Of a DNA stretch of 64,000 bases, positions 61,301 through 64,000 are shown one piece after another (within the stretch, counting starts at the first letter, position 1; the number at the start of each line of letters is the position of its first letter). A program made the position numbers and the translations under genes. Source of the stretch: Harriotta raleighana (taxonomy: Eukaryota); assembly GCA_050575255.1 (NCBI GenBank), contig JBNZDD010013678.1:4622753-4686752 (forward strand). Direction: 5' to 3'. The notes beneath the pieces were generated by a model. It did no database searches. It had not been told where the DNA came from and saw only the letters and a program-made list of their open reading frames with translations.

Positions 61301-64000
61301 AAAGCCTTAAAGGTGGTGAGTCGGCTCAATGAATCACAAAAATACCTTTGCAAAGAAACATTTTCCTTATTTATGCAGCTCTATTTTAACAGTAAAACAC
61401 GCCAAAAAATCTGTTATTTTTAGGAATGGAAGAGTCATTCTAGATGCACACATTGAGTAAAAAAAGATTTTTAAAAATTCTAAAGCCATCCACCAAAGAA
61501 GCCCACTACAACAATAAATGGAATACGACAATTAGGATGTGAGAGAATGCACTTACCAGTCACAAGCAATTTAGCACTACTGCTTACACTGCCACTTTGG
61601 TTTGATGCTGTGCAGGTATATTCACCACAGTCGATCAGTTGGGGCTTCAAAAGCTTCAAGGTGGAGATATACTTCTCGGTAACAATGGAGTACTTTTCAC
61701 TCTCGCGAAGTTCAGATGTTGCTCGAAACCACTGGAATCTCACATCGGAGACCGGTTCGACCTCACAGTGAAACTCAGCAATCTGTCCCAGTGTCACTTG
61801 CACTGATTCGATCTTCCTCTTGAAGGACGGAGGCACTGCAGGCGCAAATACAAAGGTTATTAGAGCACTGTCAACACTGTATTAATTTGTTTTGCAACAA
61901 TCACAAGGATTAGGAGTAGGTGTGACCACCTAAAAAGACCAATGGTGAAGGGTGACAGAAACTAACAATCCAAGGAGTGACTGTGGAGAAGAAATGAACG
62001 TGAAAAGATGTTAGCAAACCAGTGATCATGTCCAATGTAACAAACGGTGACATTTCAATGGAATTCAAGAATGATTGACATGTGGATGTGATGCCTCTAG
62101 ATTCTAGAAACATGCAAGGCATATCTTGATGCATCTATACTTCCTAGAAAAAAATGAATGAAACAAGGTGATAAAGGTTTAGGAAGAAATACATCAATCA
62201 GTTGCCTTTATGTGATGACAAAGTGGTGATCATGATCTAACTAGAAAGTGATCAATTCCTAAAACGTGGAATATGGGGAGTGGAGTGAAATTATTACTAA
62301 TTATATTAGATGAAACTTCAAACATGTGGCTGAATCAGGTTAGTGGAAATTGTTAGACTGCAAGTAAACTACAAAGAATAACATGGTAAGTTTTAAAACA
62401 GCATAGAATCCAAAACTTTTATCCGTTGATTATTTTCAACTATTTTTATCTTTTAGTATTCAAAACTGAACGTGGAAAATAATCCACAAGAAAAGCATGC
62501 TACGATCACATCAGATAATCATGACTCAATATATTTTTATCCTCTACCATATGAAATAAAATGAGGTTAAAATTGAACTTTTTGATAAAAATAATTATGA
62601 TATTAACTGATGTGATCCTATTTGGGTTGATTGTATTTTGTACAGATTGCTGGAAATTTAATTTTAAAGCAGAACTGTTTTTTAAAAAATCTTTTAAATT
62701 AGGTTTGATTAAATTAGAGCAAATAAATAAAAAGTGAAATAATAATCCTTGCAGTTGATACAGTGCCTTATCAAGTCTTCGAGGCGTCTCAAAGAACTTC
62801 ACAGAATATACTGTAAAGTGAATTGACTGTATATTTTGCGGGCAAAATCAATAAAAGAGCAACAGAAAGAGGAAAACAGATAGAGTTTAGTTATATTGAT
62901 CTATTAGGACAAGAATCTACCATTAAGCATTAAAGGTTATCTATGTGATTAGTCAGATTACATTTGGTTTCATAATTAATGTTAAAGAAGAATGTTATCC
63001 CCATAATCCAACCTCTTATAATAAGTTTTGCAGAAGTAGTTGCTTTTCCAGCTTCATTCAGTGCCTCACAGACATATTCTCCTTGATGTTCCTCTTTGCA
63101 TACTTTGTCGATTATAAGTGAGTAAGTGTCACCTTCTTGCAAACATTTGAACTCTTTTTTGGAAGCAATTTGCCTGGCATTAAGGTACCAATTTACCTTT
63201 TGAACTTTTGTGATCACTGTGCTAAATATTACTTCGCTCTCTTCATCTATTTCCATATCCGACAGCCCTTTAGTGATGAGTGGTGGAGTTTGGGCCTCTC
63301 TCTTTCTAGCTTTTTCTTTCTCCTTTTTGAGGTTCGCTGTTGGCTGTTGTACTGGGACAAAACCCTCTGCTTCAGTGGTTATCAGCAACTCTGTTTTCTG
63401 AGACACAGTGCAAGTTGACTCACTCAACATTGACTTATCAGACACAATTGCAGTGTTCGTAGGGGTGCTTGGTTCTGTCACTGCCTGAGCCTCTCTGCTC
63501 AGACAGGCCAGCAATGCCTTCTCTTTTATGAGGATGGGCTGCTCTTGGTGAATAATAGATTGCAACGCCGCTCTCAATTCCTCTCTCAGATCAGCTTTCT
63601 GGGGATATTCCCCTTCAAAGGCTAGAGTCACTTCTATAGAAGGACAGGTATTAGTGATCTGATAGGTGTACAAAGTGTACCGAGGTTCTTTCTGAATTTT
63701 TATCTCCTTAATCTGCACCTCGCCTACACTGCCCAGCAATTCTGAGGAAAGAACACACTGGTCACTTGCTAAGGCAGCTTGCAGTGCTTTCTTTATCTGT
63801 ACCTTTACATCCAGAGTGACTGCGTCGGGAGTTTGGACTACAAATGGGAGCTCTTTTGGAAACGCCTCACTCTCCTCTACGGCGTGAGCTTGCAGTTTCT
63901 GCTGTGACTGTTTCACTACCTTTAAGGAGGTTTCACCTGACCTCTCGACCGCCGAAGAATGTTCCTCTTGAATGAGCTGCTTCTCATGAAGCAGCAAAGG
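1..64000 (-). CDS. TTN: Titin, partial multi-exon gene (N2B end, I-band tandem Ig, N2A, proximal PEVK); both gene ends lie outside the window
   Basis: About 88 GT-AG exons that chain in frame. They encode I-set Ig domains, the UN2A motif DPKEYEKYARMHGITDFRGLL, I83 ...YSVIAQLEPRGEAKSTAELY, and VPEVPKKPV..EE.KPV PEVK repeats, in the order known for vertebrate titin. Confidence 0.98.
490..760 (+). mobile_element. L2-like LINE 3' fragment carried in each PEVK tandem unit (also ~1945-2200, ~3460-3690, ~4590-4895, ~6125-6395)
   Basis: Degenerate RAFSVSAPTLWNSIP...FKTRLKTFLF motif of the L2 ORF2 C-terminus, then tail GCCTTGGGACGTCC...GAAAGGCAC..TATAAATGTAATTT(GTT)n. Confidence 0.7.
1277..1360 (-). 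CDS. TTN: PEVK exon type A (84 nt)
   Basis: AG/GT, phase 1-1; VPEAPKRTVVEEMKPVTVPRRKEIPPTE. Confidence 0.87.
1588..1671 (-). CDS. TTN: PEVK exon type B (84 nt)
   Basis: AG/GT, phase 1-1; VLEVPKKPVAEEGKPVTVLRRKVSPPIE. Confidence 0.87.
2805..2882 (-). CDS. TTN: PEVK exon type A (78 nt, 6-nt in-frame deletion)
   Basis: AG/GT; VPEVPKKTVLEEVKPVPRRKEIPPTE. Confidence 0.87.
3106..3189 (-). CDS. TTN: PEVK exon type B (84 nt)
   Basis: AG/GT; VLEVPKKSMAEEIKPVTVLRRKVSPPIE. Confidence 0.87.
3933..4016 (-). CDS. TTN: PEVK exon type A (84 nt)
   Basis: AG/GT; VPEVPKRTVVEEVKPVTVPRRKEIPPTE. Confidence 0.87.
4245..4328 (-). CDS. TTN: PEVK exon type B (84 nt)
   Basis: AG/GT; VLEVPKKPMAEEVKPVTVLRRKVSPPIE. 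Confidence 0.87.
5490..5573 (-). CDS. TTN: PEVK exon type A (84 nt)
   Basis: AG/GT; VPEAPTRTVVEEMEPVTVPRRKEIPPTE. Confidence 0.87.
5802..5885 (-). CDS. TTN: PEVK exon type B (84 nt)
   Basis: AG/GT; VLEVPKKPVAEEVQPVTVLRRKVSPPIE. Confidence 0.87.
6881..6964 (-). CDS. TTN: PEVK exon, diverged type A (84 nt)
   Basis: AG/GT; VQEIPKKRVTEEVKSVTVPRRKEIPLAE. Confidence 0.85.
7310..7330. repeat. (TA)n microsatellite (also ~37558-37577 and ~40547-40565)
   Basis: Direct reading. Confidence 0.85.
7595..7900 (-). mobile_element. tRNA-headed Deu-type SINE
   Basis: Minus strand has A-box TAGGTCAGTGG, B-box GGTTTGATTCCC, body TGTGGGACACTGCTGTGTGCAATT...GGCTG and an L2-like tail. Confidence 0.75.
8136..8219 (-). 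CDS. TTN: PEVK exon (84 nt)
   Basis: AG/GT; VLEVPKKPVAEEVKPVAVSRRVEAPPIE. Confidence 0.87.
8551..8634 (-). CDS. TTN: PEVK exon (84 nt)
   Basis: AG/GT; VPEVPKKPVAEEVKPVTLPRRKLPPPTE. Confidence 0.87.
9449..9532 (-). CDS. TTN: PEVK exon (84 nt)
   Basis: AG/GT; VPKIHKKPVAEEVKPVIVSRKEEPAPEI. Confidence 0.85.
10236..10313 (-). CDS. TTN: PEVK exon (78 nt)
   Basis: AG/GT; VPEVPKKPVPEKVKPVTVQQKEEITP. Confidence 0.85.
10678..10915. mobile_element. Fold-back (inverted-repeat) element, Penelope-like terminal repeat derivative, copy 1
   Basis: Arms 10710-10795 and 10825-10910 are near-perfect reverse complements. Flanking direct repeat TTGCAGTTA at 10669-10677 and 10916-10924. The family call rests on the GGGTC..GACCCGAAACGTT motif. 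Confidence 0.75.
11540..11623 (-). CDS. TTN: PEVK exon (84 nt)
   Basis: AG/GT; VPEVPKRPVTEEVKPTAVPPKEEIMPTK. Confidence 0.87.
12380..12463 (-). CDS. TTN: PEVK exon (84 nt)
   Basis: AG/GT; VPEVPKKPLAEEVKPAGVPKRAEVTPAK. Confidence 0.87.
12640..12880 (-). mobile_element. Old CR1-like LINE 3' fragment
   Basis: Degenerate GCTTCTACCATC..CTGGCAAAC.TTCCAG....ACC...TGTGTAAAAAA motif typical of a reversed CR1 ORF2 end. Confidence 0.5.
13080..13163 (-). CDS. TTN: PEVK exon (84 nt)
   Basis: AG/GT; VPEVPKKPGAEEVKPVLVPQKQEIPPTK. Confidence 0.87.
13935..14150. mobile_element. Fold-back element, Penelope-like terminal repeat derivative, copy 2
   Basis: Arms ~13976-14058 and 14069-14150 with a 10-nt loop. 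Flanking direct repeat ATCCACAAAC at 13925-13934 and 14151-14160. Same family as 10678-10915. Confidence 0.78.
14244..14324 (-). CDS. TTN: PEVK exon (81 nt)
   Basis: AG/GT; VPEVPKKPVVEEVKPVTVERKETPAAK. Confidence 0.87.
14523..14841 (-). mobile_element. tRNA-headed Deu-type SINE, near full length
   Basis: Minus strand TAGCTCAGTGGTTAGAGC...GTTTCGAATCC head, TGTGGGACACTGCTGTGTGCAATTGGCTGCCGCGTTT body, (ATT)n tail. Confidence 0.8.
15687..15770 (-). CDS. TTN: PEVK exon (84 nt)
   Basis: AG/GT; VPEVPKKPIVEEPKPVKVTRKEVVAPVE. Confidence 0.87.
16412..16462 (-). CDS. TTN: Short PEVK exon (51 nt)
   Basis: TTAAAG/GTACA, phase 1-1; VPEPPKKPEPGIIPKKK. Confidence 0.8.
16901..16978 (-). CDS. TTN: PEVK exon (78 nt)
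   Basis: AG/GT; VPETPRKPVPEGVKPVPTKKEVAAAK. Confidence 0.85.
17361..17438 (-). CDS. TTN: E-rich PEVK exon (78 nt)
   Basis: TGCAG/GTAT, phase 1-1; VSELHEERFVEEHIGISREEEFVAIT. Confidence 0.72.
17976..19128. mobile_element. Non-autonomous Tigger/pogo-like DNA transposon with a low-complexity interior
   Basis: Imperfect TIRs CAATAAAAGCCCTTTTATCCG (left) and CGGATAAACAGGCTTTTACTG (right, followed by TA). No transposase ORF. Confidence 0.65.
18587..18910. repeat. (GGAA/GGGA/GA)n purine tract; a pyrimidine tract lies at ~18250-18525
   Basis: Direct reading; contains N at 18701. Confidence 0.85.
19166..19255 (-). CDS. TTN: PEVK-region exon (90 nt)
   Basis: TACAG/GTAT, phase 1-1; ASQIRSRTGKLPEKIAADKVPITEEIMTQR. 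Confidence 0.65.
19917..19985 (-). CDS. TTN: PEVK-region exon (69 nt; acceptor possibly shifted)
   Basis: TAAAG/GTACA, phase 1-1; APKKPVSEPTAYAIVEEEIWATK. Confidence 0.55.
20627..20716 (-). CDS. TTN: E-rich PEVK exon (90 nt)
   Basis: AATAG/GTACA; VTTYHEEIYEETHEEFFYETTQEEEIIEIK. Confidence 0.78.
21162..21188 (-). CDS. TTN: Micro-exon (27 nt)
   Basis: TTTCACAG/GTACG, phase 1-1; VEQKRIKEE. Confidence 0.6.
21462..21500 (-). CDS. TTN: Micro-exon (39 nt), PEVK start
   Basis: CTGCAG/GTAAA; DVPDIGIPVETVQ, resembling the P-D-I-P segment after I83 in mammalian titin. Confidence 0.65.
22561..22718 (+). mobile_element. Deu-type SINE 3' half (further partial copies ~26483-26640 +, ~34256-34320 +, ~44160-44275 +, ~45325-45490 +, ~62743-62848 -)
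   Basis: TGTGGGACGCTGCTGTGTGCAATTGGCTG..GCGTTTCGCCCACAAATAT...GTGAAGCGCTTTGAGACGTC...GCAAGG(ATT)n. Confidence 0.78.
23255..23555 (-). mobile_element. tRNA-headed Deu-type SINE
   Basis: Same family as 14523-14841, with degenerate head and (ATT)n tail. Confidence 0.7.
23714..23740 (-). CDS. TTN: Micro-exon after I83 (27 nt)
   Basis: TATAG/GTGAG, phase 1-1; DVVLQPMEP. Confidence 0.72.
23847..23924 (-). CDS. TTN: N2A Ig I83, C-terminal part (78 nt)
   Basis: GVYSVIAQLEPRGEAKSTAELYVSSK. Confidence 0.92.
24044..24253 (-). CDS. TTN: N2A Ig I83, N-terminal part (210 nt)
   Basis: AEPIEFTKAIQDIVVNEHESATFECEVSFDDAIVTWYK...AEDE. Confidence 0.93.
24350..24610 (-). CDS. TTN: N2A Ig I82 (261 nt)
   Basis: EPIVEQHLEHLSGKEGQ...ETSADLRVE. 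Confidence 0.93.
24710..24977 (-). CDS. TTN: N2A Ig I81 (268 nt, phase 0-1)
   Basis: PVELIKDIEDQTV...CGPHISSAKLTVV. Confidence 0.93.
25087..25170 (-). CDS. TTN: UN2A unique sequence, second exon (84 nt, phase 0-0)
   Basis: EIETRERPAEEEFDELIHYIQQKMQNVE. Confidence 0.88.
25292..25475 (-). CDS. TTN: UN2A unique sequence, first exon (184 nt, phase 2-0)
   Basis: TPSKQKEEEPDKEIDIVELLRNVDPKEYEKYARMHGITDFRGLLQAMEQLK...THRV. Confidence 0.93.
26062..26344 (-). CDS. TTN: N2A Ig I80 (283 nt, phase 1-2)
   Basis: STAAFMAKVGGDPIPNVKWMKGKWRQL...EGDLRAKLK. Confidence 0.93.
26706..26798 (-). CDS. TTN: Linker and start of I80 (93 nt)
   Basis: GKTTPAMKVATPPDPNKIFFIEEPKNTKVTE; GTAAG donor. Confidence 0.88.
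27687..27974 (-). CDS. TTN: Ig exon, I79-equivalent (288 nt; absent from the ORF track)
   Basis: ELKKPPVFDVPLKPLTATEGESLQLSCHV...DSGDYLCKATNEVGSDSCKAKLTVQ. Confidence 0.92.
28436..28723 (-). CDS. TTN: Ig exon, I78-equivalent (288 nt)
   Basis: ERKIPPSFTKKPLESIQDTEG... Confidence 0.92.
29990..30277 (-). CDS. TTN: Ig exon, 10-Ig repeat position 10 (288 nt)
   Basis: EARVAPEFDKTLKAVEVTAG... Confidence 0.92.
30447..30734 (-). CDS. TTN: Ig exon, 10-Ig repeat position 9 (288 nt)
   Basis: ELKTPPSFTRKLKNMEK... Confidence 0.92.
30800..31182 (-). mobile_element. Older, longer Deu-domain SINE (related copy ~53545-54030)
   Basis: Plus strand ...TTTAACATCTCATCCGAAGGACGGC...CACAACCTTCTGCCTCAGAGGTGAGAGTGCCACCACTGAGCCAAGCTGACA, i.e. 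a reversed tRNA head plus Deu-like core. Confidence 0.7.
31271..31549 (-). CDS. TTN: Ig exon, 10-Ig repeat position 8 (279 nt)
   Basis: EPPTFVHELVPLEVTLG... Confidence 0.92.
31717..31995 (-). CDS. TTN: Ig exon, 10-Ig repeat position 7 (279 nt)
   Basis: EPAVFQKKLKDSSIELN... Confidence 0.92.
32095..32373 (-). CDS. TTN: Ig exon, 10-Ig repeat position 6 (279 nt)
   Basis: EPPSFVSKPESQMVLPN... Confidence 0.92.
33048..33335 (-). CDS. TTN: Ig exon, 10-Ig repeat position 5 (288 nt)
   Basis: DRIIPPTFTRKLKQADG... Confidence 0.92.
33405..33431. repeat. (AC)n microsatellite
   Basis: Direct reading. Confidence 0.9.
33496..33774 (-). CDS. TTN: Ig exon, 10-Ig repeat position 4 (279 nt)
   Basis: EPASIAEKAESVSVTAG... 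Confidence 0.92.
33960..34250. repeat. C/T-rich low-complexity tract
   Basis: Direct reading. Confidence 0.8.
34367..34645 (-). CDS. TTN: Ig exon, 10-Ig repeat position 3 (279 nt)
   Basis: EPPSFVKKLSDASSVLG...NDAGMQESSATVFIL. Confidence 0.92.
34788..35066 (-). CDS. TTN: Ig exon, 10-Ig repeat position 2 (279 nt)
   Basis: EPPAFVETLQSVRVLKG...VGSDSCVGSLTLK. Confidence 0.92.
35180..35461 (-). CDS. TTN: Ig exon, 10-Ig repeat position 1 (282 nt)
   Basis: EPPSFTHKLEPTRVLKKG... Confidence 0.92.
35878..36156 (-). CDS. TTN: Ig exon, 6-Ig repeat 6, position f (279 nt)
   Basis: EPPRFVVKPVSQGVSRD... Confidence 0.9.
36413..36700 (-). CDS. TTN: Ig exon, repeat 6e (288 nt)
   Basis: DRIIPPTFLKKLKKMSN... 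Confidence 0.9.
36848..37126 (-). CDS. TTN: Ig exon, repeat 6d (279 nt)
   Basis: EPANIIEKADSCNVTIG... Confidence 0.9.
37195..37720 (+). mobile_element. Degraded CR1-like LINE fragment
   Basis: Decayed LEY..Q.W.P.YKK.I...E.V...FTR...LGLF..E.KRL..DL.E.FK motif of the CR1 ORF2 C-terminus. Confidence 0.65.
37779..38057 (-). CDS. TTN: Ig exon, repeat 6c (279 nt)
   Basis: DPPSFAKRIENVTTFAG... Confidence 0.9.
38212..38490 (-). CDS. TTN: Ig exon, repeat 6b (279 nt)
   Basis: EPPSFKRKLQPTEVVKA... Confidence 0.9.
38655..38936 (-). CDS. TTN: Ig exon, repeat 6a (282 nt)
   Basis: EPPSFIKKLESSTVLRDG... Confidence 0.9.
39621..39899 (-). CDS. TTN: Ig exon, repeat 5f (279 nt)
   Basis: EPPSFTVKIMSQEVVLG... 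Confidence 0.9.
40170..40457 (-). CDS. TTN: Ig exon, repeat 5e (288 nt)
   Basis: DQIIPPLFTRKLKEMDS... Confidence 0.9.
40606..40884 (-). CDS. TTN: Ig exon, repeat 5d (279 nt)
   Basis: EPAKIIEKTESLTVTMG... Confidence 0.9.
41065..41343 (-). CDS. TTN: Ig exon, repeat 5c (279 nt; absent from the ORF track)
   Basis: ERPSFIETIENATTFSGNSAVFQSLVKG...KYICQAKNDAGATQCFATLRVM. Confidence 0.88.
41453..41731 (-). CDS. TTN: Ig exon, repeat 5b (279 nt)
   Basis: EPPSFTKKLESVEVVKA... Confidence 0.9.
42281..42562 (-). CDS. TTN: Ig exon, repeat 5a (282 nt)
   Basis: EPPYFIKKLDPTTVLKQG... Confidence 0.9.
42829..43107 (-). CDS. TTN: Ig exon, repeat 4f (279 nt)
   Basis: EPPSFIERPDSQEVIPG... Confidence 0.9.
43323..43354. 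repeat. (GAT)n microsatellite
   Basis: Direct reading. Confidence 0.9.
43493..43780 (-). CDS. TTN: Ig exon, repeat 4e (288 nt)
   Basis: DQAVPPVFTRTLRKMDS... Confidence 0.9.
44487..44765 (-). CDS. TTN: Ig exon, repeat 4d (279 nt; core Trp replaced by Cys)
   Basis: EPAKVTEQAHSLSVTVG...PELTVKCLKDG... Confidence 0.85.
44939..45217 (-). CDS. TTN: Ig exon, repeat 4c (279 nt)
   Basis: EPPGFPKKFENMTVFAG... Confidence 0.9.
45517..45795 (-). CDS. TTN: Ig exon, repeat 4b (279 nt)
   Basis: EPPMFTKKLDSVEVVKT... Confidence 0.9.
45881..46162 (-). CDS. TTN: Ig exon, repeat 4a (282 nt)
   Basis: EPPTFAQKPAPAAVLKTG... Confidence 0.9.
46404..46682 (-). CDS. TTN: Ig exon, repeat 3f (279 nt)
   Basis: EPPSFVEKIVSQGSILG... 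Confidence 0.9.
46984..47271 (-). CDS. TTN: Ig exon, repeat 3e (288 nt)
   Basis: DRMIAPSFTRKLKKMDD... Confidence 0.9.
47652..47930 (-). CDS. TTN: Ig exon, repeat 3d (279 nt)
   Basis: EPAQILEKTEPLNVTSG... Confidence 0.9.
48005..48402 (+). mobile_element. L2-like LINE 3' fragment
   Basis: Frameshifted ITP..LHWL...KRIDFKIL...LAPAYLSD...AFSHYAPKLWNS...HLKTFLF, with a (GTT)n tail. Confidence 0.8.
48482..48760 (-). CDS. TTN: Ig exon, repeat 3c (279 nt)
   Basis: EPPSFVQKIENVKALSG... Confidence 0.9.
49007..49285 (-). CDS. TTN: Ig exon, repeat 3b (279 nt)
   Basis: EPPSFRKELVAVDVVKA... Confidence 0.9.
49400..49681 (-). CDS. TTN: Ig exon, repeat 3a (282 nt)
   Basis: EPPTFVLKPDPTALLKRG... Confidence 0.9.
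51203..51481 (-). CDS. TTN: Ig exon, repeat 2f (279 nt)
   Basis: EPPYFTMKPLSQDIVPG... Confidence 0.9.
51730..52017 (-). CDS. TTN: Ig exon, repeat 2e (288 nt)
   Basis: DRTVPPSFKRKLKPMDG... Confidence 0.9.
52139..52417 (-). CDS. TTN: Ig exon, repeat 2d (279 nt)
   Basis: EPANIIEKAESISVTAG... Confidence 0.9.
52613..52850 (+). mobile_element. Degenerate tRNA-headed SINE with L2-like tail
   Basis: GGTAGCTCAG head, central GAGGTGGATAAAATAAGT, tail CACCTTGGGACGTCCTCC...GAAAG...(GTT)n. Confidence 0.55.
53545..54030 (-). mobile_element. Deu-domain SINE with a nested plus-strand L2/SINE tail at ~53933-53998
   Basis: Homologous to 30800-31182. Insert CGCCTTGGGACGTCCTCCTGACGTGAAAGGCACTATAC...(GTT)n lies between two copies of TTGAGGCTT. 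Confidence 0.65.
54278..54556 (-). CDS. TTN: Ig exon, repeat 2c (279 nt)
   Basis: APPSFVKKIDNLSVLLG... Confidence 0.9.
54689..54967 (-). CDS. TTN: Ig exon, repeat 2b (279 nt)
   Basis: EPPSFTKELESLEVLKA... Confidence 0.9.
55090..55371 (-). CDS. TTN: Ig exon, repeat 2a (282 nt)
   Basis: EPPVFLRKLESSKLLQQG... Confidence 0.9.
55617..55895 (-). CDS. TTN: Ig exon, repeat 1f (279 nt)
   Basis: EPPSFLVKPISEQVIPS... Confidence 0.9.
56236..56523 (-). CDS. TTN: Ig exon, repeat 1e (288 nt)
   Basis: DRMIAPSFTKKLRKESG... Confidence 0.9.
56634..56912 (-). CDS. TTN: Ig exon, repeat 1d (279 nt)
   Basis: EPAKILEKAEPISVTAG... Confidence 0.9.
57025..57303 (-). CDS. TTN: Ig exon, repeat 1c (279 nt)
   Basis: EPPVFVRKIENVTSLLG... 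Confidence 0.9.
57471..57749 (-). CDS. TTN: Ig exon, repeat 1b (279 nt)
   Basis: EPPSFSKEFEEAEVVKG... Confidence 0.9.
57903..58184 (-). CDS. TTN: Ig exon, repeat 1a (282 nt)
   Basis: EPPSFVKKPDPILLLKQG... Confidence 0.9.
58925..59170 (-). mobile_element. Old CR1-like LINE 3' fragment
   Basis: GCCTCAACCACT.TTACT..CAAATCCTTCCA.TCATT...ACTCT...GTAAAGAAAC motif; similar to 12640-12880. Confidence 0.55.
60196..60759 (-). CDS. TTN: Double-Ig exon, I28-I29 equivalent (564 nt)
   Basis: ELLPPSFVTRPDPVTVFLGK...DICSAHLTVVDIPHFTRSLK...CSALVTVK; GTAAG donor. Confidence 0.93.
61557..61835 (-). CDS. TTN: Ig exon, I27 equivalent (279 nt)
   Basis: VPPSFKRKIESVQVTLGQIAEFHCEV...DCGEYTCTASN; GTAAGT donor. 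Confidence 0.93.
63013..64000 (-). CDS. TTN: 3' part of cardiac N2B exon (N2B unique sequence plus Ig I26)
   Basis: Open frame ending VNWYLN...FKCLQEGDTYSLIIDKVCKEEHQGEYVCEALNEAGKATTSAKLIIR, then a GT donor. Confidence 0.92.

Noticed and set aside
24451-63418. Many plus-strand ORFs of 60-170 aa overlapping Ig exons
   Set aside because: They are antisense shadows of titin codons with no independent domain or splice structure.

Overview
Eukaryotic (vertebrate) genomic DNA. The whole window lies inside a titin (TTN) gene on the minus strand. In transcript order (right to left) it holds the 3' end of the cardiac N2B exon with Ig I26, the I27 and I28-I29 exons, and 48 single-Ig exons of the differentially spliced I-band. 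These read as six 6-Ig super-repeats, one 10-Ig super-repeat and two closing Ig domains. Next come the N2A element (I80, UN2A, I81-I83) and about 28 short PEVK-region exons, ending in a recent tandem array of two-exon PEVK units at 1-7 kb. Introns carry Deu-type SINEs, L2 and CR1 fragments, a Tigger-like non-autonomous element and two Penelope-like fold-back elements with relic hammerhead cores. This repeat set suggests a cartilaginous fish (inference). Exon boundaries were read by eye from GT/AG sites and reading phase; repeat boundaries are approximate. Human domain numbers and comparisons come from recalled knowledge, not a database search. Thirteen single-N joins mark contig junctions, and most are flanked by false duplications.
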